Counted from the first letter of the stretch, positions 14,901 to 29,673 are shown. The stretch is 63,830 bases of DNA from Eledone cirrhosa (GCA_964016885.1 OZ024752.1:37572171-37636000); one strand, 5' to 3'. Notes: a model not told the origin generated them from the sequence alone. Numbers and translations are program-made.

Positions 14901-15597
14901 CTCGTAAGAAATCATCAGGACCACATATCCAGTGCTTTTATCGAGAATGACACAGCTAGAGACTTATAGAATACTTAGCTGTGTACAGGAACTGGTTTGA
15001 AAGAGCGGTTGCCGGTCCGGCAGAAATTAGAAATTGGAATAAATGCTCTGAAATAGCGATATATATGTGAATATAGACATAGAATATTCGAAAATATTCT
15101 GTATGTTTATAATAAACATTTTGAAGACCTAATCGCTATAGAATAGAATACGTCACGTATTACAATTAGATTCTCGATAAAAGCAAGGGAAGCAATCTAC
15201 GCGTTTCATTCTCGTAAGAAATCATCAGGACCACATATCCAGTGCTTTTATCGAGAATGACACAGCTAGAGACTTATAGAATACTTAGCTGTGTACAGGA
15301 ACTGGTTTGAAAGAGCGGTTGCCGGTCCGGCAGAAATTAGAAATTGGAATAAATGCTCTGAAATAGCGATATATATGTGAATATAGACATAGAATATTCG
15401 AAAATATTCTGTATGTTTATAATAAACATTTTGAAGACCTAATCGCTATAGAATAGAATACGTCACGTATTACAATTAGATTCTCGATAAAAGCAAGGGA
15501 AGCAATCTACGCGTTTCATTCTCGTAAGAAATCATCAGGACCACATATCCAGTGCTTTTATCGAGAATGACACAGCTAGAGACTTATAGAATACTTA
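11933..15597 (-). mobile_element. 310-bp tandem array (11 full units + 255-bp partial), one type I hammerhead per unit; retrozyme / Penelope pLTR-like
   Basis: ATTGGAATAAATGC recurs at 11933, 12243, 12553 ... 15343 (period 310); units look identical by eye; array starts directly at a (CT)n(AT)n tract; HHR on the minus strand of each unit; no long ORF. Confidence 0.9.
12070..12158 (-). ncRNA. Type I hammerhead in first array unit (repeats every 310 bp, 12 copies)
   Basis: Reverse complement of 15809-15897. Confidence 0.85.
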
Positions 15598-15995
15598 TAC
15601 GTGACGTATTCTATTCTATAGCGATTAGGTCTTCAAAATGTTTATTATAAACATACAGAATATTTTCGAATATTCTATGTCTATATTCACATATATATCG
15701 CTATTTCAGAGCATTTATTCCAATTTCTAATTTCTGCCGGACCGGCAACCGCTCTTTCAAACCAGTTCCTGTACACAGCTAAGTATTCTATAAGTCTCTA
15801 GCTGTGTCATTCTCGATAAAAGCACTGGATATGTGGTCCTGATGATTTCTTACGAGAATGAAACGCGTAGATTGCTTCCCTTGCTTTTATCGAGAATCTA
15901 ATTGTAATACGTGACGTATTCTATTCTATAGCGATTAGGTCTTCAAAATGTTTATTATAAACATACAGAATATTTTCGAATATTCTATGTCTATA

Positions 15996-15999
<4 letters not shown>
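15598..15999 (+). mobile_element. Inverted ~400-bp (1.3 unit) copy of the 310-bp repeat, closing the insertion into (AT)n
   Basis: Reverse complement of the array sequence begins at TACGTGACGTATT (15598) and ends at CTATATTCA, followed by (TA)n. Confidence 0.9.
15809..15897 (+). ncRNA. Type I hammerhead ribozyme, minimal/dimeric type (palindromic stem III ACGCGU)
   Basis: ATTCTCGATAAAAGCA..GTGGTC CTGATGA tTTCT-tacg-AGAAt GAAA CGCG TA^GATTGC..TGCTTTTATCGAGAAT: intact core, wobble-rich proximal stem I, perfect 16-bp distal stem I; predicted cut after 15869. Confidence 0.85.
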
Positions 16000-16038
<39 letters not shown>

Positions 16039-16082
16039 ATATATAAATATATACATATATGTATATATATATATACTTATAA

Positions 16083-16218
<136 letters not shown>

Positions 16219-16359
16219 GTACAAACACATTTATTAAAACAACAGATTCTTTGCTTAAACTTTAATCTGTTATTTTAATAAATATTTGATCTACGGTTCT
16301 TATATATTTGATATATATTTATCCTTATCGAGCCCTCTTTGGATTTTAGTCTTCAATAT

Positions 16360-17068
<709 letters not shown>

Positions 17069-17434
17069 CGTACATACGTACGTACATACATACGTACATA
17101 CATACATGCATACATACATACATACATGTGTAGGAGGCGGATTTATAGCAACATAGTAGTAGTGGGCAGGTAACGAGTACCTTCAATAAGATAACAATAG
17201 ATCAACGTCTGAGATTATGGATAGATTATAGAAATTCTTTACATATGAGTTCGTGAAATGTTATACCCTTGCAAGATTATCTTTTAGGCTGTTATTCTAT
17301 TGCAGCTAATTCAATTCAGTAGACTCCAGTTGGTATCTAACTAAATATTTACCGATCAGTTCGCCCGAGAAGTTAACTAATACTGTTACTATTCTAAACA
17401 GTGTGGTGAAATTTCGTGTATATCTATCTATCTA

Positions 17435-17521
<87 letters not shown>

Positions 17522-17522
17522 A

Positions 17523-17585
<63 letters not shown>

Positions 17586-17707
17586 TTATATATATATATA
17601 TATATTTGAAGTGTATATATATATATATATATATGCACTTCAAATACACTACTTACTCATATAAGAGTGCATATGTATATATATATAGATAGATATGTGT
17701 GTGTGTG

Positions 17708-17739
<32 letters not shown>

Positions 17740-17762
17740 AGTGTGTATATATATACTTATAC

Positions 17763-17802
<40 letters not shown>

Positions 17803-17829
17803 GTATAAGTATATATATATATACACACT

Positions 17830-17889
<60 letters not shown>

Positions 17890-17935
17890 TATCTCTATAT
17901 ATATATATACATATGCACTCTTATATGAGTAAGTA

Positions 17936-17989
<54 letters not shown>

Positions 17990-18140
17990 AGGGGGTGTAA
18001 CTAGGAGTTACTGCAGGTTCACCCAGGAGAGCACTCGATGTTTAGGTTCACTTCTGTGTTGAGGTGTTGATCTAAACAGAGTGTAATATATTGAAAGGAT
18101 AACAAGGACGATTGATTACTCCTTCATTGCATTTATTGAT

Positions 18141-18228
18141 AGGTGACGCGCGTTTCGCCACTGATCAGCTCAAGGTTCGATCTATATCGATCCTACCCGA
18201 CTCAATAATCGGCAGCTCGACAGACCCT
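18141..18228 (-). ncRNA. Degenerate hammerhead with extended stem II
   Basis: GGGT CTGTCGA GCTGC...GTGGC GAAA CGCGCG TC^ACCT; one core change (A6); homologous to 62322-62408. Confidence 0.55.
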
Positions 18229-18246
18229 CTTAAAATGGTATAAGAA

Positions 18247-18323
<77 letters not shown>

Positions 18324-18327
<4 letters not shown>

Positions 18328-18975
18328 GAGTGAGTCTCTTGGTCAGTGTCCAAGTCTCAGACCCATACAGCAGCACAGACTCCACTACAGCAATGAAGAG
18401 GCGGATTTTCAGGTCTCTACGAAGGTCCGACTTCCTCACCTTTCTCAAGCTGTGACACGCCGCCCAGGCCTTGCTCTTCCTCTCAACCACATCATCTTCC
18501 GTATTCCCAATCTTTGCTCCCAAATACAGGAAGTCCTCAACCAATTCCAGCGGCTTCCCGCCTACATTAGTGATCCCCTCTGGCTTCTCAACATTCGCTA
18601 CCAGATGGTGGATGGGTGCTACACGAGAATGCTGAGGATGGCTCTGAACATTAATCAGTATACACTGAGGATGAAAAACTCAGAGCTGTATGGGAGCATC
18701 CCAAAAGTCAGCTCAAAAGTGACACAGAGGAGACTGGGGTTGGCTGGACATGCTCACCGACATCCAGAGTTGACATTGCACTCAGTGCTCCTTTGGGAGC
18801 CCCTACATGGACACACTAGAAGAGGAAGACCAAAGTTAACATATGTTGATGCCCTAAGGAGAGACACTGGTCTGTTGGAGATGCAGGATATGGCAGCGAT
18901 AATGAGGGACAGAGACCGCTGGAGAGAACTCGTCCATGGATCTCGGGAATTTTACCCGCCTTAGATAGATAGAGA
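18324..18975 (+). mobile_element. 5'-truncated, 5'-inverted RTE-clade LINE (inverted part 18324-18601, direct part 18602-18964)
   Basis: Minus: VEDFLYLG..KIRLFIAVVESVLLYGSETWTLTKRLTQ; plus continues MVDGCYTRMLRMALNI..RRLGLAGH..RRGRPKLTYVD..DRDRWRELV*, the typical RTE ORF C-terminus. Confidence 0.9.
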
Positions 18976-19579
18976 TATATATATATACACATATATATAT
19001 GTATATATATATATACACATATATATATATATAGAGATGTATATGTAGATAAATATATATATATATATATTCGTTACATTTATATCTCGATAACTTAACT
19101 GATATATTAAAAATAATTGCATGTACTTTATGTCTATGAGTGAAAATACTCGTTGTTGTTGTTATTGCTGCTGATACTGCTGTTGTTGTTGTTCTCGTTT
19201 AGCCCTAGCCTAGTCCTGGTCGAGCAATGATCAAATAGGTTTTAGCCATTGTAAAGACTTCAAGTTACTCTACATTTCAAGTTACCTTCCGATAATCTGA
19301 ACACGATTTAAAATTATTGGGAGGTAAGGTGAAGTAAGGGCAACCTAAAATTACTATAATGGGCCAGTCCTTAATGTAAATACCCTGTTTTTAGAGGTTT
19401 CTTTGTTTATCTGGTATAGGGACAATGGTGGGAACTCCCAACAATAGATGGTCCCGGGGGCGAGAACTCTTAGATTCGGTTTCGAATCTACGCCAGGTAA
19501 AACATGGGAATATTCTGTTATAGGATCGATCAACAAGGTCCCAAACCTCATTCACTTACCAAGTTGGCTGGAAGGACGG

Positions 19580-19596
19580 AAAGAAAGAAAGAACGA

Positions 19597-19656
<60 letters not shown>

Positions 19657-19937
19657 ACAAAAGAACAAAAGAAAGATCGAATCAAAGAAAGAAAAAAAGA
19701 AAGAACAAAAGAACAAAAGAAAGATCGAATCAAAGAAAGAAAAAAAGAAAGAACAAAAGAAAGAAAGAACGAAAGAAAGAAAGAAAGAACGAAAGAAAGA
19801 AAGAAAGAAAGAACAAAAGAAAGAGAGAATGAAAGAAAGAAAAAAAGAAAGAACAAAAGAAAGAAAGAACGAAAGAAAGAAAGAAAGAACGAAAAAAAGA
19901 ACAACAGAAAGAAAAATCAAAAGAAAGAAAGAAAGAA
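19580..19937. repeat. (AAAG)n tract
   Basis: Direct inspection. Confidence 0.95.
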
Positions 19938-20359
19938 CATACGTATTTTTATGTATGCGTGGGACATGGAAATATTCGGTTTGGTGCCTCAGCGCATGGT
20001 TAACCTACCGGAAGTGAGAGATCCCCTAGTTCTTGTTACGACATTATTCTAGAAGGAAAACTCTGACTCGATTGCAGCCAATGATGTTGACCTGTTCTTT
20101 TCGGATTCCTGTCACAGATATTCAGAGAGTGGGATTGGTTCAGTGCCATGCTTTTCTTAAAAACGTTTCAAGCACAGGCATCACTTGATCTAAACAACTA
20201 TCTCGTGTGTTGCGTGAATCTGGTCACTTCTCTCTCTTTCACTGCAGCATATACTGAGAGGAATCTAAGTCCTTGGAAGAGCTAAAAAGTCATGTTCATG
20301 CCATACATGTGTGAGGAAAAGGTCAAGGGGTGGCAATTCTCGAAGCTGTAAAGATGAAA

Positions 20360-20704
20360 TGCACAGCTAGCCTCGGCGGGATTTCAACTCAGAACGTAAA
20401 AAAAGGCTGTAACTAGATGTCGCAAAACATGTAGTCCGATGCTCTACCGATTACTGCCAATCCACCACCCTACTGCCCCTGTAATAACGATTTCTACTTT
20501 AGGCACAAGGTTAGTAATTTGAAGGGAAGGGGAAAGTCAATTAAATCGACCCCAGTCCATTACTGGTGCTTTATTTTATCGACCCCGTAAGGATGAAAGA
20601 CAAATTTAACCTCAGCGGGATTTGAACTCAGACCGTGAAGGGTCGTAACTCTATGCTGCAAAGCATGGTGTCTGACTCTCTACCGATACTGCCAATCCAC
20701 CGCC
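20360..20704 (-). mobile_element. Two SINE A copies
   Basis: Core present; TSD-like TACTGCC(C/T)CTGTAATAAC at ~20472 and ~20708. Confidence 0.8.
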
Positions 20705-21300
20705 ATTACTGCCTCTGTAATAACAACAATTAAAAGCCAGCTACAAATACATTTTAATGTGAGTATCTCTTTAGCAAAGAATGTTTGTTTTGATGGACAA
20801 CCCTACGTTGGTAATAAAAATATATTGTTTCTCACCGTAGAAGCGTTCCAAATCAATAAATGTATCTTAAACCATTGTTAGTGACTCGACAGATAACTCC
20901 CCATACAATGGTATCGTTTATCAACTGGTATATAATATATGTGTGTATATATATCATATAGGAATCTACTGCAAGTAACAGGAATTAAGTAAAAGAAAAG
21001 AACCGAAACCAGTTGAAGTGATAGGCTTAACGTGATAGCTATTTGATCAGAGTCTGTGAGAAGGTGTGTTGTGTGTGTGTGTTGTGTGTGTGTGTGTGTG
21101 TGCGTGCGTGTGTGTGTGTGTGTGTTTGTGTGTGTTTGTGTGTGTGTGTGTGTGTAAGCATATATACAAACATAAATGTAAATGTGTTTGTGAATGTATA
21201 TATTTAGTTTGTCCGTAGATGTGTAAAGAAACTACACTATACATAGCCTATTTCATGTTTTTGTAAAGTGGATGTGTATAACAAAAGGGAAGAAACAACT

Positions 21301-21370
<70 letters not shown>

Positions 21371-21598
21371 TGGCTGCCAACTCGTTTTCGAGTACGGACA
21401 CTACTTTATATCCATGTAGGAGAACCCCTACCGATGTGCTGAACAAGTGTGACTTTTTAGTCCAGCCAGCGACTTGAAAACTCTGGTACAAACACTACAC
21501 TTGTGACAATTATTGACACATAGTGCTGGGCCCATGGTACCATGTGACGACAAGTGCAGAGAGATCTCCAGATACAAAGCAATGCCTGTGCCGTGAAG

Positions 21599-21671
<73 letters not shown>

Positions 21672-21821
21672 CATACATACACACACACATATATATATGT
21701 GTGTGTATGAGAATGTTCGTGTGCGTACGTGTGTAGTTTTTTTACACATCTACGGACAAACTGAATATATACATTCACAAACACATTTACATTTATGTTT
21801 GTATATATGCTTACACACACA

Positions 21822-21906
<85 letters not shown>

Positions 21907-22067
21907 CACACCTTCTCACAGACTCTGATCAAATAGCTATCACGTTAAGCCTATCACTTCAACTGGTTTCGGTTCTTTTCTTTTACTTAATTCCTGCTAC
22001 TTTCAGTAGATTCCTATATGATATATATACACACATATATTATATACCGGTTGATAAACGATACCAT

Positions 22068-22098
<31 letters not shown>

Positions 22099-22379
22099 GA
22101 TGGTGATTTCACACTGGCGTGAGTAGCAATTAAGCGAAAAAAGTACTCAATGCTGTTACAGAGAGCGGAATGCCGTTTCAGAGGGTGCCAAGGTAGTCAC
22201 TAAGTACACTGAAAGTAACTAGATATATGTAGCCTAATGATAGTGTCTTCTAACCTGATGTACCGCGCAGATGTCTGCCATATTGCTTTGCTACGGACAA
22301 GCCCTGAGCTTAAAGCCCGACCGGATTTCCTACCTACATGGTCAGACTCCTATATAAATATATGAATATATTTTGCGAA

Positions 22380-22580
22380 GGGTTGTGGCTGAGTGGTTAG
22401 AGAATTGGATTCGCAATCATGAGGTAGTGATTTCGATTCCCAGACCGGGCGATGCGTTATCTCCTTGGGCAAGACTCTTTATTTCACGTTGTTTCTTCTG
22501 CCTGGATTTGCGACTGATAGATAGTATTAGCAATTGGAAAGACCAATGGAAACATTGCTTCTTCGTTCCGATTTGACGAG
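22380..22580 (+). mobile_element. tRNA-derived SINE family B (other copies 33598-33820 -, 47593-47690 +, 62982-63052 -)
   Basis: GTGGCTGAGTGGTTAGAG (A box), TTCGATTCC (B box), GCAAGAC(A/T)CTTTATTTCACGTTG. Confidence 0.75.
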
Positions 22581-22777
22581 CTCTACCCCCACTCGTTAAG
22601 CGAATGAGGCCTGGGATCTTGTCGATCTACTGTCGATATATAAATATATATGTGTGTGTTATCGTGTGTGTGTATGTGTGTGTGTGTATGAGTGTGTTGG
22701 GTTCAATCGGGGGGGGGGGGGTAACCAAAGTAAGTAAGGTACTCAATACATAGCAGAGTATAAATATTTAATATGGA

Positions 22778-22901
22778 AATATAGAAATGCCTTCTACGGG
22801 ACTAGAACTGTTTCATTCAAAATGAATCATCAGGAAAGCCTTTTCCTGATGATTTCCTTCGAATGAAACAGTTCTAGTCCTGTAGAAGCCATTTCTATAT
22901 T
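22778..22901. mobile_element. Short palindromic insert with CTGATGA..GAAAC half-HHR in both arms (same family 51750-51930)
   Basis: Inversion apex lies just 5' of CTGATGA (22846; 51882 in the second copy); both copies share GTAACCA.AGTAAGTAAGGTACTCAATACAT. Confidence 0.7.
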
Positions 22902-22983
22902 ATATATATATATATATAAATGAAAGGTATAGAAATTGTTTTAGCGAGAAGCTAACAGTATTCCATAACATATATATTATTCC

Positions 22984-23036
<53 letters not shown>

Positions 23037-23118
23037 AATCGGGAAAGAAGAGTGACACGGTTTGCTATACAAAAAAGGTTTTTATAACAATTATTATATA
23101 ACAATTATTTGTTACCCC

Positions 23119-23154
<36 letters not shown>

Positions 23155-23162
<8 letters not shown>

Positions 23163-23322
23163 AGATCAAAAGATGGTTAAAGGAGTTCCATGTATTTTAT
23201 TATGCGCATTTCAAAAACAAACATCATCATGCAATAATATTATTGCATGATGATGTTTGTTTTTGAAATGCGCATAATAAAATACATGGAACTCCTTTAA
23301 CCATCTTTTGATCTTATATTAT
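23155..23322. repeat. Perfect 168-bp palindrome (no spacer) at the edge of an (AT)n tract
   Basis: Centre GCAATAAT|ATTATTGC at 23238/23239; arms carry GAAA TGCGCA TA. Confidence 0.9.
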
Positions 23323-23403
23323 GTATACTCCAGTCCTACAAACTGTAGAGTGCTTCTTATCCGATATCTGCATTGCTTTATTGTACTACAATAAAACTCA
23401 CCT

Positions 23404-23499
<96 letters not shown>

Positions 23500-23917
23500 C
23501 AGTGGTAAGAAACTCTCAGGAGAGCTGGACAGCAGAATGTTTTTAGAGGCAAAACCCCAACTCAAGCGGGTGTTTCCGCCCTTATCTTTCAAAGCTAACT
23601 GACAGCTATCAACTCTAAAATTCGTTTAATGTTATCTTATCTTTACCAATATATTCATTACCTTTACTTCTTACCTTGATTACTGTTATACTCTTGACAA
23701 TATTTCTACTATTTTTTTAATGCGTTGGATTGTTGGAGGCGGAAAAGCATTGGACAAACCCTTAGATCAAACCCCACCGAAGTATACTTTGGCTTTCATC
23801 TTTCCGAAGTCGATGACCTAAAATATCTGTCAAGTGCTGGGCTTGGTTAATCAACTATGCTCTTCTCTAAGATTTGTTGGCCTTCTATCATAATCAGAAA
23901 TCAATCTTTACTACTAA

Positions 23918-24465
23918 GTTCAGATCCTGCCGAGGTAAACTTTGTCTTTCATCCTTACGGAGTCGATGAAATAAAGTACCAGTAATGCACTGGGGTAATT
24001 GCTGGCCTTGTGCCAAAAGTAGAAACAATTATTATTACTACTAAGGGTGGTGGATTGGAAGTATCGGTAGAGGGTCGGACGCCATGCTTTCCAGCATAGA
24101 GTTACGTCCTTTTACGGTCTGAGTTCAAATCCTGCCGAGGTTGACTTTGCCTTTCATCCTTACGGGGTCGAGAAAATAAAGTACCAGTCACGCACTGGGG
24201 GTCAATTTCATCGACTTTTCCCTCCCCTCCCACATTTGCTGGCCTTGTGCCTATATAAGAAACCATTATTACTACTAAGGGTGGTGGATTGGAAGTATCG
24301 GTAGAGGGCCGGACGCCATGCTTTCCAGCATAGTTACGTCCCTTTACGGTCTGAGTTCAAATCCCGCCGAGGTTAACTTTGCCTTTCATCCTTACTGGGT
24401 CGATAAAATAAAGTACCAGCAATGCACTGGGATAATTGCTGGCCTTGTGCCAAAAGTAGAAACAA
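23918..24465 (+). mobile_element. Three head-to-tail SINE A copies
   Basis: Each preceded by TTACTACTAAG. Confidence 0.9.
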
Positions 24466-25260
24466 CTGAAGTGCTGTGAAACAATTATTAATACTAAAAT
24501 AGAGTACCAGTAATAATAGTATTAATACAATTATTAATACTATTATTACTGGTACTCTATTTTATAGACTTCGTAAGGATGAAAGGCTAAGCTAACTTCG
24601 GCGGGATTTGAACACAGAAGCTAAAGGACCGTAACTCTATGCCGTAAAGTTCAGTTTCTACGAGAGACAAAGACGACAGCGGTACATTCTGGTTCATTAC
24701 GGAATGACCTTGTCGAAAGTGCTCCAAATGATATTGGGTGGATCATTTCTCTGGTCTCGGAGCCACTAAATAAGAAGGGATAGAGAGGGTGTTTTCCCTG
24801 ATCATGAACCGGGAGGAATTTTTTGCTGAGTAACCATTTGTGTGACGTCATCGGTTGAAACTTCAAGTAATGCAGCTCTAAATCAAACGCGTAGTGCACG
24901 CAAACACCCACATACACACATACGCGCATACACACACACACACATACGCGCATACACACACACACACACACACACACTCACACACATTGACACTCACGTA
25001 CACGTACACGAACATACACACAAACACTCACAGATTCACATACGCAAACACAAACACACACTGATGCGTTCATATATATATATATGCAGCTCTAAATCAA
25101 ACGCGTAGTGCACGCAAACACACACACACACATACACACATACACACATACACACATACGCGCATACACACACACACACATTGAAACTCACATACACGTA
25201 CACGAACATACACACAAACACTCACACATTCACATACGCAAACACAAACACACATATGCG

Positions 25261-25293
<33 letters not shown>

Positions 25294-25388
25294 ATATATA
25301 TATATATATATATACACATACGCACGTGCAGGCATACATACTCCACACTCAGAGGCAAAGAAACACACTCACGGGCGCACACTCACGG

Positions 25389-25503
<115 letters not shown>

Positions 25504-25664
25504 GTAGGATAGGTAGCTCACCTGGGATTGAGATAAGTATTTTTCTATTTGCATATTTATATGAAATATATTTCTGATGTACATCTATACAGGTACGGTA
25601 CACATATGATATATATATACACATATATATATATGATACACACATATATATATATATATATATA

Positions 25665-25737
<73 letters not shown>

Positions 25738-25751
25738 TATATATATATATA

Positions 25752-25787
<36 letters not shown>

Positions 25788-25883
25788 TATATATATATAT
25801 ATACACAATAAAAAGAAATTGGAGAAAAGGGCATGGATGTAAAAAAAGTATATATATTTGCTAAAACAATCTCTATACCTCTC

Positions 25884-25944
<61 letters not shown>

Positions 25945-26046
25945 TATATATATAAATACACACACACATATATATACACACATATATATATATATACATA
26001 AACATATATATATATATAATATATATAAATACACACACACACACAC

Positions 26047-26083
<37 letters not shown>

Positions 26084-26102
26084 TATATACACATATATAT
26101 AC

Positions 26103-26144
<42 letters not shown>

Positions 26145-26150
26145 ATAAAC

Positions 26151-26196
<46 letters not shown>

Positions 26197-26256
26197 ATAT
26201 ATATATATATATATTTTTATATACATATACATATATATATATAAATATATATATGC

Positions 26257-26324
<68 letters not shown>

Positions 26325-26330
26325 ATATAA

Positions 26331-26361
<31 letters not shown>

Positions 26362-26534
26362 TACTTTTTTTACATCCATGCCCTTTTCTCCAATTTCTTT
26401 TTATTGTGTATGTATATATATATATATATATATACATATATATACATATATATATATGGATGGTGAGTATTATATGCATGTATATTTATATCGATGCTGT
26501 TAGGTAGGTCGATGAGGATCATCTTACATAAATA

Positions 26535-27640
26535 ACCACCACCACCACCACCACCACCATCACTACCAACACCACCACCATTACCACCACCAACACCACC
26601 ATTACCACCACCACCACCACCACCACCATCACTACCAACACCACCACCATCACTACCAACACCACCACCATCACTACCAACACCACCACCATCACTACCA
26701 ACACCACCACCACCACCATCACTACCAACACCACCACCACCACCATCACTACCAACACCACCAACATCAACACCACCACCAACATCATTAACACCACCAC
26801 CACCACCACCACCACCACTGCCACCACCCTCACCATATCCACCATGACCACCACCACCATTATAACATCACCATCAACACCACTATCACCACCACCACCA
26901 CCACCACCACTAAAATCACCATTAACACCAACATCATCACTATCAACACCATTACCACCAATGCCAGCACCATCACCACCACGATCACCTCCACCATCAC
27001 CACCAACACCAAAATCACAGCCGCCGCCGCCACCACCACCACAACCTCTAACAGCACTTCTACCCCCCTCCCCTCCCCCACCCCCGCCACCACCACCACC
27101 TCTACCACCACCACCACCACCACCACCTCTACCACCACTTTCACCACCACCATCACCACCACGATCACCTCCACCATCACCACGAACACCATAATCACCG
27201 CCGCCGCCATTTCTACCACCACCAGCACCACCACTTGCCCCACTAACTCCATAACCAACACCACCACCACCTCTACCACCACTTTCACCACCACCATCAC
27301 CACCACGATCACCTCCACCATCACCACCAACACCACAATCACCGCCACCACCAGCACTACCACTTGCCCCACCAACACCAACACCACCACCCACCTCTAC
27401 CACCACTTCCACCACCACCAGTACCACCACCACCAGTACCCCCCCCCCCCACTACCACCACCACCACCAACACGAACACGATAACCACCACCGCCACCAC
27501 CAGCAGCACCACCCCCTTCCACCACCACCAGTACCACCACCACCAGTACCCCCCCCCACCACCACCACCACCAACACGATAACCACCACCGCCACCACCA
27601 GCAGCACCACCCCCTCCCACTACCACCAGTACCAGCAACA
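26535..27640. repeat. (CCA)n-rich low-complexity tract (similar: 34115-35230; (GGT)n 42364-42950)
   Basis: Direct inspection. Confidence 0.95.
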
Positions 27641-27864
27641 GTAGAGTGCGCCCTCCCCTACAGGCAGGTAAGAAAGATCTACCTGTAAAATAAAGGTCTT
27701 TTGCTTCATACAATGTAGGACGAAAGGAGAAATATGAGAAAAGCCAGCTCAAAGATAAATATTTCTTTACTTTGGTATTTAGAAATATCTTCTCTTATAA
27801 AACCTTACCTTACAGATATCCTCCTTCTACCTCTCCTCTTCCTTCTTCTCCTCCTCCTTCTCCT

Positions 27865-28320
27865 TTTTCATCTTCTTCTTCTTCTTGGGATGGTCGTGTA
27901 GGGTGCATGCAGAGTCCTCGAACACTCCTTCAAGCAAGTCCTGTCAGAAACAACCGTTTCCCAACTGATCCGGCTGGATCCCTAGGCTAGACCAGACAAG
28001 CTCCTGGATATCATCCGACCATCTTGCTCGAGGGCTACCCCCTGCCTGGGTCTCCTGTCGGGTTGGTTTCACACTTGGTTTGGTTTGATGCCACCAAAGT
28101 CCACTCTGTTGTAAGCATTCGGGCCTGGTTTTGGGGTTTGAGGATGCCTTCCTCCCCCCTCCCGCCTCCTCTATATTTTCAATATTATTTGCTGTGCTGC
28201 TGACTCAAGCGTTCCAGGGCTGTGTGAAAGAAGGTGCTCTATTGCAGGTTAGAACTACGGGAAGAATCTTTGACCGAGGAAGATTCAATTTCAAGTCCAG
28301 GGTGTGTTTGGATCACCCCT
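27865..28320. mobile_element. RTE-like LINE debris
   Basis: Minus 27885-28060: SPRARWSDDIQELVWSSLGI with (GAA)n tail; plus 28165-28305: IFSILFAVLLTQAF..QVRTTGRIFDRGRF, an RT-domain-like segment. Confidence 0.6.
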
Positions 28321-28796
28321 CTCCCACCCATGAGTTTTTGAAGCTTTGGAAAGGGTTATATGTACTACTATTCCTTCCATGACTAATCAGTAAAAGACGC
28401 AAGGGGAAACCCTTACAGGCTCTTACAGCCTACGCCTGACGTAGACAGTGTGTAGTTTTATCTCAATGACTATAGGCGACTATAGATACAATAACATAAT
28501 TCATTATGTATTTGTTGTCTGTTTGGTGAAATAAAATAGTTACTGTTAAAAGCGGTGAATTGGCAGAGTTGTTAGAGCGTCAGATAGAATGGCAGAGTCG
28601 TTAGAGCGTCTGATAGAATGGCAGAGTCGTTAGAGCATCGGATAGAATGTTTTGTGCTATTTGTTTCGGCTCTCTGCTCTCAGAAATCCCGTTGAAATCA
28701 ACTTTGCCTTTCATCCTTTCTCGAGGTGGATAAAAAAAAGTACCAGTCTAGTACTGGGACAGATTCTTCCTCTATATCTCTCTTTCTCGCTTCCAT

Positions 28797-28832
<36 letters not shown>

Positions 28833-29017
28833 AGATAAAAATACTTGAGTGCGTTAGAGTTAAACACACTCGTCGTATTAGAGAAATGACAGTATAAGAT
28901 ATAGCTCAATGCTATCAAACAGAGCCGAAAAAATTATATAAAAATTAACAAAGAAGCCTTAATGCATTAAAAATCTTTAATTGCTAATGCATTAAGGCTT
29001 CTTTGTTAATTTTTATA

Positions 29018-29063
<46 letters not shown>

Positions 29064-29530
29064 GAGAAGAAAGAAGAATACTGCGTGGTTGCACATGGGT
29101 TACATATGATAAAAATAGTTCTTCGTCAGTGATTTGCCAACCATCATTAATATTTCATCGCATTAAAAATCAGATACCTCAGGTTGATGCGAGCAATAAC
29201 TAAAAAAAAGCTATTGGGACAAGTAAATCGCGTAAAGCGAGTGAGACAAGTAAACAACATAGAAGGATGAAAGCAACGCAAAGATGGGAATAAACAAGCA
29301 ACATGGTTATCCGGTCAGCATAAGCTGGGTGGATTTCATGAGCGATCAAGATACAGACCGTCCGACGTGAGTGAGATGTGAGCAGGAAGAGAACCCACTA
29401 CAAGCCAAACAGGAGGAAGTGAGAAGGGGAGAAACAGAGAGTGAGTGAGTGGAAGTGCGAGGAAGAGGTCAGTCGAGAGAAAGTGTAACTGACAGAGGGG
29501 GCGAAAGAAGGTGAGAGCAACAGAGAGAAC

Positions 29531-29572
<42 letters not shown>

Positions 29573-29618
29573 AAGTAAAATAAATAAGTCAAATGTTTAA
29601 AATTTAGCTTCGTTTATT

Positions 29619-29673
29619 ACTGCTATATATATTTCGGTGACAGCCATCTTTGGCTGTGACCTCTTCAGGCAGT
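29619..29673 (-). ncRNA. Canonical type I hammerhead
   Basis: ACTGC CTGAAGA GGTcACAGCCA-aaga-TGGCTGTcACC GAAA TATATA TA^GCAGT: perfect 5-bp stem I, intact core, palindromic stem III. Confidence 0.85.

Noticed and set aside
18452-18964. 170-aa ORF as a gene
   Set aside because: Chimeric read across the inversion junction of a truncated LINE.
22380-22450. tRNA gene
   Set aside because: A/B boxes belong to SINE heads; no full cloverleaf seen.
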